Of a stretch of 64,000 nucleotides of DNA, positions 13,559 to 27,038 are shown piece by piece. The DNA comes from Octopus sinensis (lineage: Eukaryota). Within the stretch, counting starts at the first letter, position 1. Every line of letters begins with the position of its first letter. The notes beneath the pieces are model-generated. The model saw only the letters and a program-made list of their open reading frames with translations. It was not told where the DNA came from and searched no databases. The stretch lies in NCBI RefSeq assembly GCF_006345805.1, contig NC_042999.1, forward strand, positions 31,496,001 to 31,560,000. The letters are read 5' to 3'. The position numbers and the translations under genes are program-made.

Positions 13559-14666
13559 CACAGACATGCAGGAAGTATATATACACCTTTAATTTTCAGA
13601 ATTTCTGATCTAAGCGTCTTAATATGTTTTCAGCGATGTAGAATTTACAATGTAATTATTCCTTTTCATTCCGGGTGACATTATTGCAAAGAGTAACCAT
13701 GCCACGCACAAAAATTCAGCAGAACTGTCAGATATTGAAGGAGGTCATATTGTTGGGCATTCTGAGGCTGGTCTTAGCCATTGAAAAATTGCCAAAAATC
13801 TTTGAATACTTCTTGCTACTGTTAATAGAATTATAGTGCAATTCAAAAGCCAAGGAAAAGAATCAACAGATTCTAGTCCCGGCCGACCTGGGCTCTCGGA
13901 AAGGAAGCTTCGCTGTTTGAAGATAATTGTGGAAAACGAACCCCGTTCGAAGGCTTCTGGCATTACAAAACAGCTAGAAGTTACTCCAAGAATGTGTGTT
14001 ACATATCTGCATAAGTTTGGGTATTATGGACGAGCAGCTACAAGAAAACCACTCCTTGAACCAATTAGTATCACGAAAAGAAAGAAATGGCCTAAGGAGA
14101 TGTCAGAAAAAATCCAGTTCATTTTGGAATTGAGTGATTTTCCCAGATTAATTCAGATTTGGATTATTTTCAGACAATGGAAGTGTTTGGGTCTGGAGGC
14201 TTCCCAATCAAGAATTTGATATGAAACGACTCCAACTAACTGTGAAATATAGCGATATCTCTGAATGGTATGGAGAGCTGTCACCAGCAATTGTCGTTCT
14301 GATCTGACTGAAAATGGGATCAAAAAGTTTCCTTGTCCTAGCCAATATCCTGACATGAACTCAATTGAAAATCTTTGGAGCATACTAGATAGAGATATAC
14401 GAAAAACTTGACAGAAACCGAAATCTAAATATGAATTGTTTCGACTGTTGCCTGAAAAGTGGGCAGAAATTCCACAAGGGACGATCACAAAGCTCATCAG
14501 TTCAATGCCAAAAAGAGTTTCTAAATCAAAAACTGCAAAGTGAGTGTCGAATAAATACTAAGGTATGTAGTCCTACCTATTGATTACATTTCAAGTGTTC
14601 GCTTTGCGTATTAAATAATAAAAAATTGAAAATGAAATATGTCTATTTACTTCCTGTATGTCTGTG
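13559..14666 (+). mobile_element. Tc1 (DD34E) DNA transposon, internally deleted and non-functional
   Basis: TIRs cacagacatgcaggaagtatata / tatttacttcctgtatgtctgtg flanked by TA; transposase remnants ELSDIEGGHIVG, PGRPGLSER, GYYGRAATRKPLL, PSQYPDMNSIENLW. Confidence 0.9.
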
Positions 14667-14735
14667 TACGTATGTTTTTACCAGTGTGTGATTATCTTTA
14701 GATGAACGTCAATAAAAGTTTATCATATACATTAT

Positions 14736-14797
<62 letters not shown>

Positions 14798-15760
14798 TAT
14801 ATATATATAAATGTATATTCACACACACATGTACTTCATTGCACCAAAACAATACATATCATAACACAAATCCAATTAAAAACTAAACAAAATGTTGCTT
14901 AATATCTTTTTTAATAATATACTTACAAATATACTTTCCTCTCATCCTCTTTTCTTCTCCTTTCCAACATATATAATTACCAGGTCTGCATGTGCAAACT
15001 GTAATCAACATTATAGATACAAATATCTTGTACAGAGAGGAGAAAATATGCTAGTGTGAAGAGTAACTTATGTGTCACATACGAAGGTGGAATCAAATTC
15101 CATGGGCTGAGCATGATAGAATGATGCTAAAGCCATGAAAATTTATTTGTGTCATTTTCAACATTTCTTATTTATAACTGCATTAATTCCTTCGAATTAA
15201 GCTGATATCTGATTGTTCAAAGAACACTTCAAATATAACTAGAAGCGATTCTATTTCAAAATGGACAAATTTTGCCATCCTGTTAATGTCAATTAGATGC
15301 ACAAAAAAAAAAAAAGATTTAGCCCACAAGGTCATTCAAGCTGACATGGGTGTTACATTAAGTGATGACAACCAAGCTTTGATGGATAACAGGCGATGAA
15401 CTATAAATCAAATTGTCAATGCATTTACAATATCCAGTGAGAGAGTTGAGACAGGGAAATTGGTCTGACCAATATGTCTGCTTGCTGCGTGGCATGTCTT
15501 CTGAGAGCAAGTCAAAAGCAGAACAGATCTATCAAATCAGTGGAAAATCTGCCATATTTTGAGGTAGATCCAACTGGTTTTCTTGAATATTTCCTAACTC
15601 AGAATGAATGGCGGCGTCATCCCTTTTAGTCAGAGAATTAGAGACAACCCATGGAGTGGAGACAACAACCTCACCTACTTCAAAGAAGGCCAACTTCAAT
15701 TCATTTGCTGAGAAGGTGATGGCATCAGTGTTTTGGGATTCAAAAAGCATTGCGTTTATT

Positions 15761-16063
15761 TCGTGCTTGGATTTGGTTTGCAAGATAATTTATGTGAGTT
15801 CGTGTGTTGAAGCATATTCTGTTGTGTCTGAGGAGAGTCATTATTTAACACAGTCACCTGTAAAATTTCCACTTATTTCTTTTTTTTTATTTTCCTAAAA
15901 TTTTCGTTGCGCCTTACAACTTTTTCAAAAGTCTATTGAAAAGGTTGCAAGACGCAACGAAAATTTTAGGAAAATAAAGATAAGAAATAAGTGGAATTTT
16001 TATCGTTGTGTGTGTTAAATTATAGGGCACAAAAGGAAAATGACTATCACCAAACACAACAGA
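15761..16063. mobile_element. Foldback (long inverted repeat) insertion, probably a Penelope-type terminal-repeat unit
   Basis: Imperfect palindrome centred near 15932 with arms reaching about 15812 and 16069; flanked by the 12-bp near-duplication attgcgtttatt (15749-15760) / attgtgtttatt (16064-16075). Confidence 0.7.
15933..15969 (+). ncRNA. Variant minimal hammerhead-like motif (U3-A8)
   Basis: CTA-TTGAAAA-G-GTTGC-aagac-GCAAC-GAAAATTT-TAG: stem I CTA/TAG, stem II GTTGC/GCAAC, palindromic AATT stem III. Confidence 0.45.
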
Positions 16064-16584
16064 ATTGTGTTTATTGAACATTTTCAAAAGGCCCACATCA
16101 ATGCAGAGTACTATGCCAAATTTTTGAAGCAGCTAGGAGAGGTTATCAATAAGAAAGGCTCAGAAAACTGATGAAAGATGAGTTGTTCTATCAGGAAAGT
16201 GTTCCAGCACACGTCTATGTGTGATTGATGCATTCAACTGATTGATCACCCTTAATGTTGCTCTGATTTGTCCTCATGGGACTATCATCTTCCATCAGGA
16301 AAAAGCAATTGACTGGGAACAAGTATCATATCTGATGATCATGATTTTTTTTTTGTTACCAACAGGATGAAAGCTTCTTCACCAATGGAATCTAAGCACT
16401 GCAAACGAATGCAAAAAATGAACGGAACGCAACAAGGACAATGATGAAAAGAAGCCTGATTTGGTCACATTCTATGTGTGTATCTTGGTCGGCCAATGAA
16501 GTTTTCAGCGTACCGTCGTAATCTGATTTTTCACGCTGAAACTTCGAAGGGAAGGTCGTCCTTCTTCTCCTGAAGCTTTATATT

Positions 16585-17011
16585 TTATATCTTTTACCCT
16601 CTACTTGTTTCTGTCACCTGACTGCAGTCATGCTGGGGCGCTGGCTTCATGATTTTTAGTCGAACTAATCAAAATGATGAGTGCTTACTAAGTTTTTAAG
16701 CCTATTGCCTCTTTCTCCGAGTAACTGGGCTATGGGGAAGTAAGCACATTAACACAGTTTGTCAAGCGGTGCTGAGCGACAAACACAGACACAGAGACAC
16801 ACAGACATACATAGATGCACACGCACACATAGATACTCACGCACACACCAAACACACAAATATACGAAGTATTTCTTTCAGTTTTCAAAAAGTTTTAGTC
16901 AGCCAGAGTCTACGGTAGAAGACACCTGCCCAATGTGCCGCAGAGTGGAACTGAACTCGGAACCATGTACATGAGAAGCAAGCTTTTTACGACACAGCCA
17001 CACCTGCACCT
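16585..17011 (-). mobile_element. CORE-domain tRNA SINE, degenerate
   Basis: gaagacacctgcccaatgtgccgcagagtggaactgaactcggaaccatg...acacagccacacctgcacct matches the cleaner copies at 22175 and 27870. Confidence 0.8.
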
Positions 17012-17053
17012 ATATATTGATAGATAGATAGATATATAGATACGTACATATAG

Positions 17054-17086
<33 letters not shown>

Positions 17087-17117
17087 ATATATATACACAC
17101 AAGCATATATGTAGGCG

Positions 17118-17164
<47 letters not shown>

Positions 17165-18384
17165 GTATACAAATATATATATATATATATATATATTGGT
17201 ATATAGCACATTTGTATACCTGTGGTTTGTGCATTTCTGTCTCTGGTATGTACGTATGCGTGTGCGCGCGTGAAAATATAATGTGTGCGCATGTGTATGT
17301 ATGTGAGTCAAAAGAAAGAAATCTTGTTTATTAGACTTATGACAGTTTCTATATTCCGATGAACTAAACAAAATAATCAGTGAGAAAAGAAAAGAAATGA
17401 AAACATAACGATCCATATTGTGATGAGTGTGTTTCTTTTGTTCTTTTTTTTTATCATTATTATTACAGCCACAATAATAGATTTGATCAGGACCAACTTA
17501 TTGACGTTCCAAGGTCAGCTGTCTCTGTCACCGGAATGTCCATCCTTAGAATGTTCTCATTGTTTATATATTAAAACTAATCTTGGCTCATATTGATTTA
17601 TTTTACAAGGAGTGTTGCGATTAGTAGAATATCTCAAAGGGAAATATTTTAATGCATCTGTAAATGCTGGTTTTTTTTTTGTTTTTGGTTTTTTTTTTTG
17701 GTTTTTTTTTTCGGCTTCTCTGTTTCTCTCTTCTTTCGTTTCATGCTGGGGTAGGATTAACATATTAGTATTGACTTCAATATCAGACATACTTTGTATT
17801 GTTTTATATTTTCTAGATTCTCTTGTGAATATTTTGATGTGTCATTTTTATAAATAAAAAAAAATAATTGATTTATGTATTTATATTATCCGAAATTTTC
17901 TTGGAAATAAAGACTGTAAGACACTCACCCCCTACAGCCATATTCGTTATTGAAATATATTACAATTTTGTTTACGCTAAGAACTTAGAGAATCTTTAGA
18001 TACAGAACCGATTCGGATTTTTAGCTGAAAGAGCACAGTCTCAGTTTAGATGATAGTCGCGCTTTTCAGACAGTCAATATGGTATCCAATACTATTCTAC
18101 CTTTACGTCTATTCTTAATAATTAATTATATCATTTATTGGATAATCATCATAAAAAGAACATGCACATACATACGTGCGTACGTACGTGCGTACATACA
18201 TACATACATACATACATACATACATACATACATACATACATACATACATACATACATACATACATGCGTAGATACATACGTAGGTAGATACGTACGCACA
18301 TGAGGCAGCCCCTTTCTGTATTGGCATCTTGAAATAAAACTGAATAATGACATATGTACGTATATAAATCCACGAATAAGACCA

Positions 18385-19386
18385 ACTCCTTCGTTTCTCG
18401 GAGCCCCCGTTCTTTGTGTTTGGCGTTGAAGTGTTGGTCGAGGGCCAACATCGCCGCCAGTACGTTGGACGCGATACCAGGTCTAAGTGCCACTTCTAAT
18501 TTCTTGACTGGGTCTCCCTCTATTCTATTTCGGTCTAATGCTAGGCCGTTTCTGTACCTAACCGATTCTGCTTTAATTGCTTTCTTTAGGGCATACCACC
18601 ATCTCTTTTTTACGATGGCAGCTGTCAATGCTCTCTTAACTAATGTGCTAATCCGATCCCTGTAAGCCTGTCGTGCCGTGAATGACGCGTTCAGCTTCCA
18701 GTAACCGGGACATTGCCTATGTGTCTTATCTAAGTCAAGTATACAAGTCACAAATTTGTGATTTGTGTAGCTGACTATATGGAATTGTGGACAACCTACA
18801 CTATTCTTATCCACTGCCCTACAGACTACTCTATCTAAATACCATCTGGACGAACCGATGCGGTTGCTCCTTCTCCACATTGGCACATTCGGGTGGTCTG
18901 TCGATACTTGTCAGAGCAGGTCTTTCAGGCATTTTCATCCTCTCCAATTACTATCTCTGCCCACGTAGACTAGGTGCGTATACAGAGTAGCGTTCCAACC
19001 CCTACTAAAAGTAAAGGTCGAGACGTTCCCAGGGAAAACTCTAGACGTCGAAAGAAATCTGGCCGACCTGTTAAGGACGGTGCATAAACTGTTATGAGTC
19101 GAAAAGCACACTCAATACTATCATCGACATCCAAGACGACCAGCCTACCCTCGGGGTCTAGGAAAATTGCTCTTCGAGGTGCCGAAACTTCCGAAGAAGC
19201 CCCGCGGTGCCACTTCCGCCCATTCTCGGCAGACACGAACATGTGCTGGAGGGCCTGTGGGTAATAGAGTCTTGTCTCTCTGATGGCTATGATATGCAGA
19301 TTCTGGGAGTTAATATCATTTAACAGGTAGCCTTGTTTCCAAGGCGACCCCAAGTCACATACATTTATACTACCTATTTTGAGCAT
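18385..19386 (-). pseudogene. LINE ORF2 AP-endonuclease domain, frameshifted
   Basis: ORFs 18970..19386 and 18149..18886 carry consecutive EN motifs. Confidence 0.85.
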
Positions 19387-21300
19387 GTTCCTATGGAAAG
19401 TTGTATTTTACACACGAAAGGAAGACGAAAGAGAAAGGGAGAGAGAGAGTAACTTACTGTCCGAAAGTCATTTGTCCTTCACCTCACAGGCTTCTCCCAG
19501 AAGGTTTTTGTATAGTTTTTTAGATTGGTATTTTTGAAATCTCCCTACTGCATCCGGGTAGAGAGATTTCAGTACTGTGTGTGTTCTGTGTTATATGTAT
19601 GATTTTAATGTATTACGGTCGTTTTGTGCGTTTGTGATTCTTTGTTTCGGTTTGTGTTGATGCTTTTGTTTTCTGCGGATGTTTTGGTTACGGGAGTGGT
19701 AAACCTCCCTGCTTTGTTTGTCTGCTTTTCTATTCTTTTGCTCTTTTTTCTCCTTCTCCCTGTGACCACTCGCCAATCATCTGTGTCGTCCTTATCTAAC
19801 ATATCGGAAGAATCAGAAGATGGGAAAGGAATACTGTTGGGGTCTATTTCTGAGTTTGCTGATTTTGTTGTTGGTGTTGGTGCTGGTTTCTAACAGTTAG
19901 GAAGTGGTGTATGGGTTATTTTGATGTGGGGTATGAGTCTTTTTGGTTTTCCCTTCTTCCTTTGTGGTTGTTGGTGTTGCTTCTGTTCTTAGTGTCGCTG
20001 GTGGTGGTGGTGGTGTTTGGTTGGGCTTACTTGTTGCTTGCTAATGTTCCTTCATTTGTTTGTAGAGCTGTTTAATTAGCTGTGCATATGTCGGTGTAGG
20101 TCGCAGCACTGGTTTTTTGTTCGGTTTTTGGTTTTCGCTGTCTTTTTGTCGTTGTTGCTACCGTTGTTGTTGTTGTTGTTTCTGTGCTAGTGGGGAAACT
20201 TATTTTTAAGTGTGCTTTACTACCACAAACGTAGCAAAGTGGCTTTCTGCCATCGGTGGCCACATGCAAACTCGAATCGTCTGTCAATTTGATTTGGTTT
20301 GGAATTTTTACGAAATACATTGGGACAATTTGAGCAAGGATTTCAACTCCTTAGAAAATCCAGTTTTGCTGGTCCAGGACAGCGATTTCCAAGATATGGG
20401 TTTCGCCTTCGATGTCACAACAAATGGCAGACACGAGTCATTTTCTATCTCTGGGAATATGTTTTTAATTTTTATTTTTGTTACCTTACGACCAAAGTAT
20501 GTAGGGATGATCAGTAAGTTTTCACATTTAAAGGATTTTGTGGAGAGGTCCTTGGCTCTTTCTTCACTGTGGAATCTAACTACGTTCGTGGAAAATCTGT
20601 TCCCGCTCCCGATGGGCCTTAAACTTTTTTCTACATTTTCTTAAGTGTCCGTTTCGTATAGCTTTGTTCTTAGGTTGAGTGTCTTGTAAATAATTGGTTT
20701 TGTTTTGCGATTTTTTCAGCGATGTTTTCTGGTGTTTGTAGTTGTATGGTGAATTTGTCTTTTTTAAACGTTATTTATCAGGCAAGCAGTTCTTCCTTCG
20801 AAAATCACGTAATTTGTTTTTAGCTTTAAACCTGCGGCAAAATTCTTTTGAGTATTCGTGTTAGTTGTGGTTATGATGGCGGTAGTGGTGGTAGCAGTGG
20901 TGGAGACATTGTTTATAGTAGTAAACTTATTCTCTTCTTTGTACGTATTTCTAACGCCTGTGTGCGTAAAAGCGGAACGGCTTTGGTTTCTGCTTCCTTC
21001 GCCTCTGACTTTGGTAGAGGCGGTAAGTCGGCTTCATGGTTTGGCTTAGACATTTTCGTTTAGAAATATTGCAAGGAAACCGAAGAAAATCTTTTTAAGT
21101 TTTGGAAATTTACCCCAAGTGGTGTAGTTTCCTATTACAATATTTAATGGGGTTGAAGGACATGGTTTTAGAAAACTCTTTTACAAAAAATATTTCATAG
21201 ATAAAACGTCTTTCTACACAAACAAGCCAGCTTCCTTGGAGCCGAGTTTTCTACCAGCTTAATCTTAAGTAGCCCTAAGCTTTCGGTGGTTAGACAATCT
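18385..21300 (-). mobile_element. Tx1/L1-clade LINE, 5' portion (ORF1 plus AP-endonuclease part of ORF2), RT region absent
   Basis: ORF1 from ATG at 21053 (MSKPNHEADLPPLP...) with zinc-knuckle remnant CYVCGSKAHLK; ORF2 from 19386 with KIGSINV, IAIRET, RLITVYAP, YLDRV, TNHKFV, PGYWKLN. Confidence 0.85.
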
Positions 21301-21849
21301 AGAGTTTCGAGAAGAAATAGTGAGATTTTAGAGAAATTACGTGTGTATTTCTAAAATATCTCAACACTCGTGTATATTGCGGGTACCTGTTGCTTTGTAG
21401 CTTACCCATTCGTCACTCTAGAATAAGCCACAGCTTTATAATCGAAGTCACTTCAGCCATGACGATTTTGTTGTATTATAAATAAAATTCTTAGTAGATT
21501 ACTGTTTGCAATGTAGCCTTATTATGTAAAAGAGTGATTTGAATCAAAGATTTTTTTTCTAATTCTACTTCAGAGAACCATCACATAGAGGCTATTCTTG
21601 AAACTCTCATTGTAAAAGTGGTAACTGCTTAATAATTTGTAAGGGTGAAATGATATGATCTTCAACGGCTTTACAATTAATCACAAGGTATTGAGTACGT
21701 TATTAGCACTCCAGGATCAGTGATTTGCAGATCTGCCTCTTCGTTTAAATATTCAATTTATATCTATGCCTGTGGTAATGCAGTAATTGTAGTTACGTGT
21801 AACACCACGAGTTGATATTTATATATATTTGTGGTGACGGTATACGCTT

Positions 21850-22770
21850 TTAATATTTCTAAAGTCATTTTTGTAATATTCCTTGAGATGTTTCTATAAC
21901 ATTGCTTGAGAAATTTAAGTAATATTTCTAGGGATATATATGAAATCAATTTAGAAGATTTTATATAACATTTTTAGATATCTAAGATTCACTTCTGGAG
22001 ATTTTTGTGTAACATACATAATATGAGTGAAGACATTTAATTTATTGCATATGTACACTTATCTAATGTAATTATTTTTCTTGATATTTGTCAGTATGTT
22101 TAGTGGTATTCTAAAAAAATACGTAAATGTAGTATCTCTAGAGATATCTATATAATAATTTTCATGATATAATCTTTACGTTTTACTCTTTTACTTGTTT
22201 TAGTCATTTGACTGCGGCCATGCTGGAGCACCGCCTTTAATCGAGCAACTCGACACCGGGACTTATTCTTTGTAAGCCCAGTACTTATTCATCGGGGACA
22301 TAAACACACAATCATCGGTTGTCAAGCAATGCTAGGGGGACAAACACAAATATACACGCGCACATATATATATACGTATATATACATATATACGACGGGC
22401 TTCTTTCTGTTTCCGTCTACCGAATCCACTCACAAGGCTTTGGTCGGCCCGGGGCTATAGTAGAAGACACTTGCCCAAGGTGCCACGCAGTAGGACTGAA
22501 CCCGGAACCATGTGGTTGGTAAACAAGCTACTTACAACACAGCTACTCCGGCGCCTGTAATATATATAGAAATTTGTGTTATATATCTAGAAATATTTCT
22601 TCTAACTATTTATTGTTGGGGATATGGGTGCACCATTTTAGATATATTTGTGTAACGTTTCTAGAGATATTTATGTTGTGTTTCTAAAGATATACGTGTA
22701 CTATATATCGAGATATTTGTTTTATTATTGCTAGCAATCTTGAACATTTCAAGAGTTATATTTTGAAATA
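21850..22770. repeat. Degenerate minisatellite of about 23 bp, interrupted by a SINE
   Basis: Recurring ttctagagatatttgtgtaacat-like units on both sides of the SINE at 22175-22556. Confidence 0.55.
22175..22556 (-). mobile_element. CORE-domain tRNA SINE, near full length
   Basis: Reverse complement of ggcgc.ggagt.gctgtg..gtaagtagcttg...ccgggttcagtcc...gcaccttgggcaagtgtctt; (gtaaaaga)-type tail. Confidence 0.9.
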
Positions 22771-23899
22771 TTTATCTTAACTAAGTATTTCGGTCTTTAA
22801 TCAAACAAAACATTTGCTTTTCTCCTTTGTGGTTAATTCCATGAAAATGTAATCCTGAAACAATGGATTAGACGAAAATTGCATTGGTAAAAATTTATTT
22901 CCTGGTAATTAGCGTCTTAATTGTCCGTTCTAAAAGATATTTAATCATTATGACTCTGTAGGATTTAAATGGTAAATTATGTGATAAATTGCATGATAAA
23001 TTGGAGGTTTAATCGCAGAAATTAATGTCTATATGTTGTGTGAAATATGCATTCGATTATATTAGAGATAATTCAATCCTTATACAAATTTATTATTCTG
23101 CACATCATCTCATTCAAAAATTTTGAAATTATCTTGCATACAAATCGTATATGAATATTCGTTGTAATTTTAGTTTCAGAAACAGTCTTTTACTCTTTAT
23201 CTCAACACCCTCAAAACAGAGACACTATGATAAATGACAGTTTCATTGACAAATTTTGGGAACCTGCCAGCAGTACGACTTTACCCCATTACGTTTCTTC
23301 CGTAAGGAGGAATAACCTTGAATTTTGCTAAATTTAGATTAATCCGTACAACACGAGGAAGATAGAAATTCTAGATTTTTTTCTCTCTCGACAAAGAGCT
23401 TGGATGGAAACTAGTACCAATTTACAAACTAAACAGCTAGTTGTCGTCGTAGACAACTATAGCTCATCTCTTACACTGTGCATTTATATTCACTACTTCC
23501 CAGTTTGTAATTGATGGATAAAGAATTAGTGAGTTGTATACTGTTAAAATTGTTACGTGTTTGTTCTCACTTCGCCAGTATATAGATAGTTATTTGGAAT
23601 AAAATGAATTATATATCTAGTCTTTAAGAGGTTAACTAGAAGCAGATTTTTGGACTGTTATTGTAAAATTGTAGCTCTATCCCAACTTCAGCCATATTTA
23701 ACACCCAATAATTTTAGAGGTAAAGAAATATAGTCCAAGGGATGTAGCGGTGTAATGGTCCCGTGTATACTTGCCATTAATTCAGCCGAGAGCATTCGAT
23801 TTTCCTTACCTTTTTCGCAAAAGTTATACTCTGAAATGGTGGATACCTTACGGTAATTTTTTTAAAGTCCACTACATTTGTATATTCCGTGAACATATT

Positions 23900-24135
23900 T
23901 AATGTATTCTTGTGAGCAAAATTTAGCCTGTAGGTAGTTGAGCATCCCGCTATAAATAGCAATGAAATCTTCGCCAAAGTGTGCCCTAGATTATTTAGGA
24001 AAAGAAGGACGTATATATTCCCCTCATGCGTGAACTCTGTTTAGGAAAATAAACATAACATAATAATTGCAACTGGAAAATTATGTTCATAAGTCTGCTA
24101 CGCATGAAATGACCCGAGGGTAAACAACAACACTA
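23900..24135 (+). repeat. Degenerate dispersed SINE-like repeat; related fragments at about 11320, 17480, 24620, 32590, 36060-36360 and 58770-58990
   Basis: Shared motifs aaatagca..aaatct...cataagtctgct...gacccgagggtaaacaacaac and the reverse form tttagccccagg...gctgctatttct. Confidence 0.45.
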
Positions 24136-25509
24136 GCAGCAACAAAATTTATTTCAATTTTTGCTTCATTGATTACTTGAGTGTCTGTTCAGTTATCTCA
24201 GGAACCACTAAAAAAACAAAACTGGAATCTCACAGCCTTCTGTTTATCAATAATTTACAAGCAAAAAATATTTTCGTTTTATTTTTTTCAATGCCGAGAT
24301 CTTGCATATGTGGCTATTCATTTAGCTAATGCTGGGCTAGCTACGGGGTACGGTAAAAAGGAAATCAATTGTACGAAAAACCAAATACATAGAACTACAT
24401 TCACAAGCAATTTTTTACTAAATATTGTTGGTTATGATAATAGGGCAAAATATATAGAAAATGCCGACATTAAAGCTTCAGGAAAATTCGTTTCTTTTCC
24501 ATATCGCTCGATATATATATTTCTCCATTTAATATAGAGAAAAATATATATTCCGATTATGGAATAGCAAAGAAACTACATTGCGACATATCCATATTGT
24601 TGGCGTTGTTTTTAATTGTATTTTAACCCCAGGCTGTCTGTGATTGTGCAGATCACTGTTTAAATGTATTTCAGCTACGATCAGCATTGCTTATAAACTG
24701 TAAACCCACACTGATTAAAACCACCAGAGTCTTTATTTTTAAGGAATTTTTTATATTCTATCTTGCATTTTGAACTGTCAAATCGAGACATTTTGTTAAA
24801 GTCGATGTTATAGATGCTGCAGATACTTTTCTGGCTATTTTTGTTGTTGCTGTTCTTACTTGGAATGACTTTAAAAAAAATATAAATAAAATCTGCGTAA
24901 ATACATTTCTGTCTCAGTGATGTCTAATGTCAATGAAGTCGGTTATTAACAGAAATGGTTCCCGCTTTATGTTTGAGGGGTTTTACTCAAAAACAAATTC
25001 AAGGGCGGTCGGACCAGAAGCCTCTGCCTGGACAATATATTTTTCGATGTCAAAATGCTGATGTCGACAACTAATAAAAACATGAGTGGCTGAGAAGTTC
25101 AGTACTGAACGCAGAGTCTGAAGGTTCGTAGCACACAGACACACAGCAATCACCATCAACAACAACACCAGCAGCATCACCGAAAACAAAGACACAGTAC
25201 ACAGCACAAACAGACTGCACAAACACTACAAGCATTACAGCCATCGACACCGACAACACATACCTTGTTAAATATACCAGACAACACACAGACACCACAA
25301 CGGAAGACTTTGTCTTTCCAACACACTATGCACCACCATCACACGTACAAATCTTGAAATGAAAGCACGACACGTACAACAATTTAAAGATTAATGTTCC
25401 AAATGTTGTTCGGTCATTTCAAAAAAAAATATTTTCGAAAAGACTGTACAAAAAAGATCTGCGCAAATGATTTGTTTACAGCGATCAAATGTATGTGTTC
25501 TACGTTAGC

Positions 25510-25694
25510 TCACACCCTCCAACAAATCGACATTCTCTGAACAGGACCACGGTGTATCACAAATCAGGTGTGATTGCAGAGCAACGCGAACTGAAGCGTT
25601 TTGCAAAACAATACAAAGCACCAACCGATCTAAGAATTAAAACCACGATCTCGCGATATCGAATGCAACTCTAACCAATAAGCCATGCGCCCTC
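25510..25694 (-). mobile_element. Old tRNA/CORE-like SINE remnant
   Basis: gagcaacgcgaactgaagcgttttgc...aaccacgatctcgcgat...ctctaaccaataagccatgcgccctc. Confidence 0.55.
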
Positions 25695-26029
25695 ATATAT
25701 ATTTGTATCTAATTTTATCTCAGAATAAGTACCTCACATAGATATGTACTTCACACCAGTTTTCTGCTACCTTCTTTTGACTATTAAGTTCTCGATTGAA
25801 CACGGCATTACATCTTTTACATTTTTCTGTGCATATCCTTGTCCTTATATAATGGCTAAAATATTCCTTAGTCTGAAACAACATGTGCAACAAGTTGTTG
25901 CTCTATTTGTTTTACGTACATGTGTAGGAATACATTACTTGGTATTTAGCAATGTTAATAAGAATGGGTATTTAACTAGAATCTGTTGAAGCTAATTTGT
26001 TTTTATTTTCGTTGTTATGAAGTTGATCA

Positions 26030-26313
26030 CGTGATAACGTGACCGACCAGGACATCAAATGTTGCTACACGCTTCGCATTGTTTTAGCCTTCAATGACGC
26101 CCACCACGCTGGGTAAGCGAGCAGGCCAACAGAAGTAAGAGAGAAAGTTTTGGTGAAAGAGTGCAGCAGAGATCGCCACCACCGCTGCAGGAGCCTTGTG
26201 GAGTTTTAGGTGTTTTCGCTCAATAAACACTCACAACGCACGGTCTGGGAATCGAAACCGCGATCATACGACCGTGTGTCTGCTACCCTAACCACCGGGT
26301 CATTGCGCCTCCT
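26030..26313 (-). mobile_element. tRNA(Arg)-like SINE sharing its head with the element at 52342
   Basis: Reverse complement ggaggcgcaatgacccggtggttagg...cgcggtttcgattcccagacc...ttgagcgaaaacacctaa. Confidence 0.85.
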
Positions 26314-27038
26314 CATGAAGTTACTAAAAATCATAAAATTTCAATTTCTAACTATTTCGGTTTAACTAGGTCTCTTAGTTTCTCTTACACATTCAACATT
26401 ATTTTTTTAAAAATTGCCTTCACAGATTTCCTTTTTATTAATCACATGATATAGAAGCACATATCTTATCAAAAGAGAAGAGTTTGGAATAGGAGGAAGC
26501 GAGTAAGGGAGAGAAAGGAAGGAGAGAAAAGAAAACTGGAAATGAATATAGTCACCGTAAAGAAACTCGAAATTTTAGTGTATACACACACGGACACACA
26601 CACATATATATATACACACACATAAACATATAAACCCACACGTACATACATACATATATACACCAACACACACATACATACATATGCATATATTACTCTG
26701 ATATCGAGATTTTACGACTAACTATTTTGCTTGTAAATCAGTGACCAATAGTCGGTTTGTTTACAATGTATTGGTGGTGAGATTGAACTCTTGCTATCTC
26801 TCTAGAGGCCAGGTACTCGCGTCTGACGATAAACCAAGCGGCTCCAAACTGAAACAGTCTCGCTATACTGATGTCTGCCAGAGTATGGTAGATTTTCGCT
26901 CCTGTTCTATCAATATATATTGTATATAGAGGGTGCAGCGTTGCACAGATAACCAGCTGGTGGAAGATCTGCCTGGAGTTAAACTAGTAGTAACACGGAG
27001 CAGCCACTTTGACGTGGCCAATAACTTTACTCATTTAT

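Larger units (their letters stand above)
15081..16518 (+). mobile_element. Degenerate mariner element interrupted by a foldback insertion
   Basis: Ends tacgaaggtggaatcaaattcc / gaagttttcagcgtaccgtcgta; remnants KVMASVFWDSK, INAEYYA and a YSPDLAP-like segment near 16260. Confidence 0.8.
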
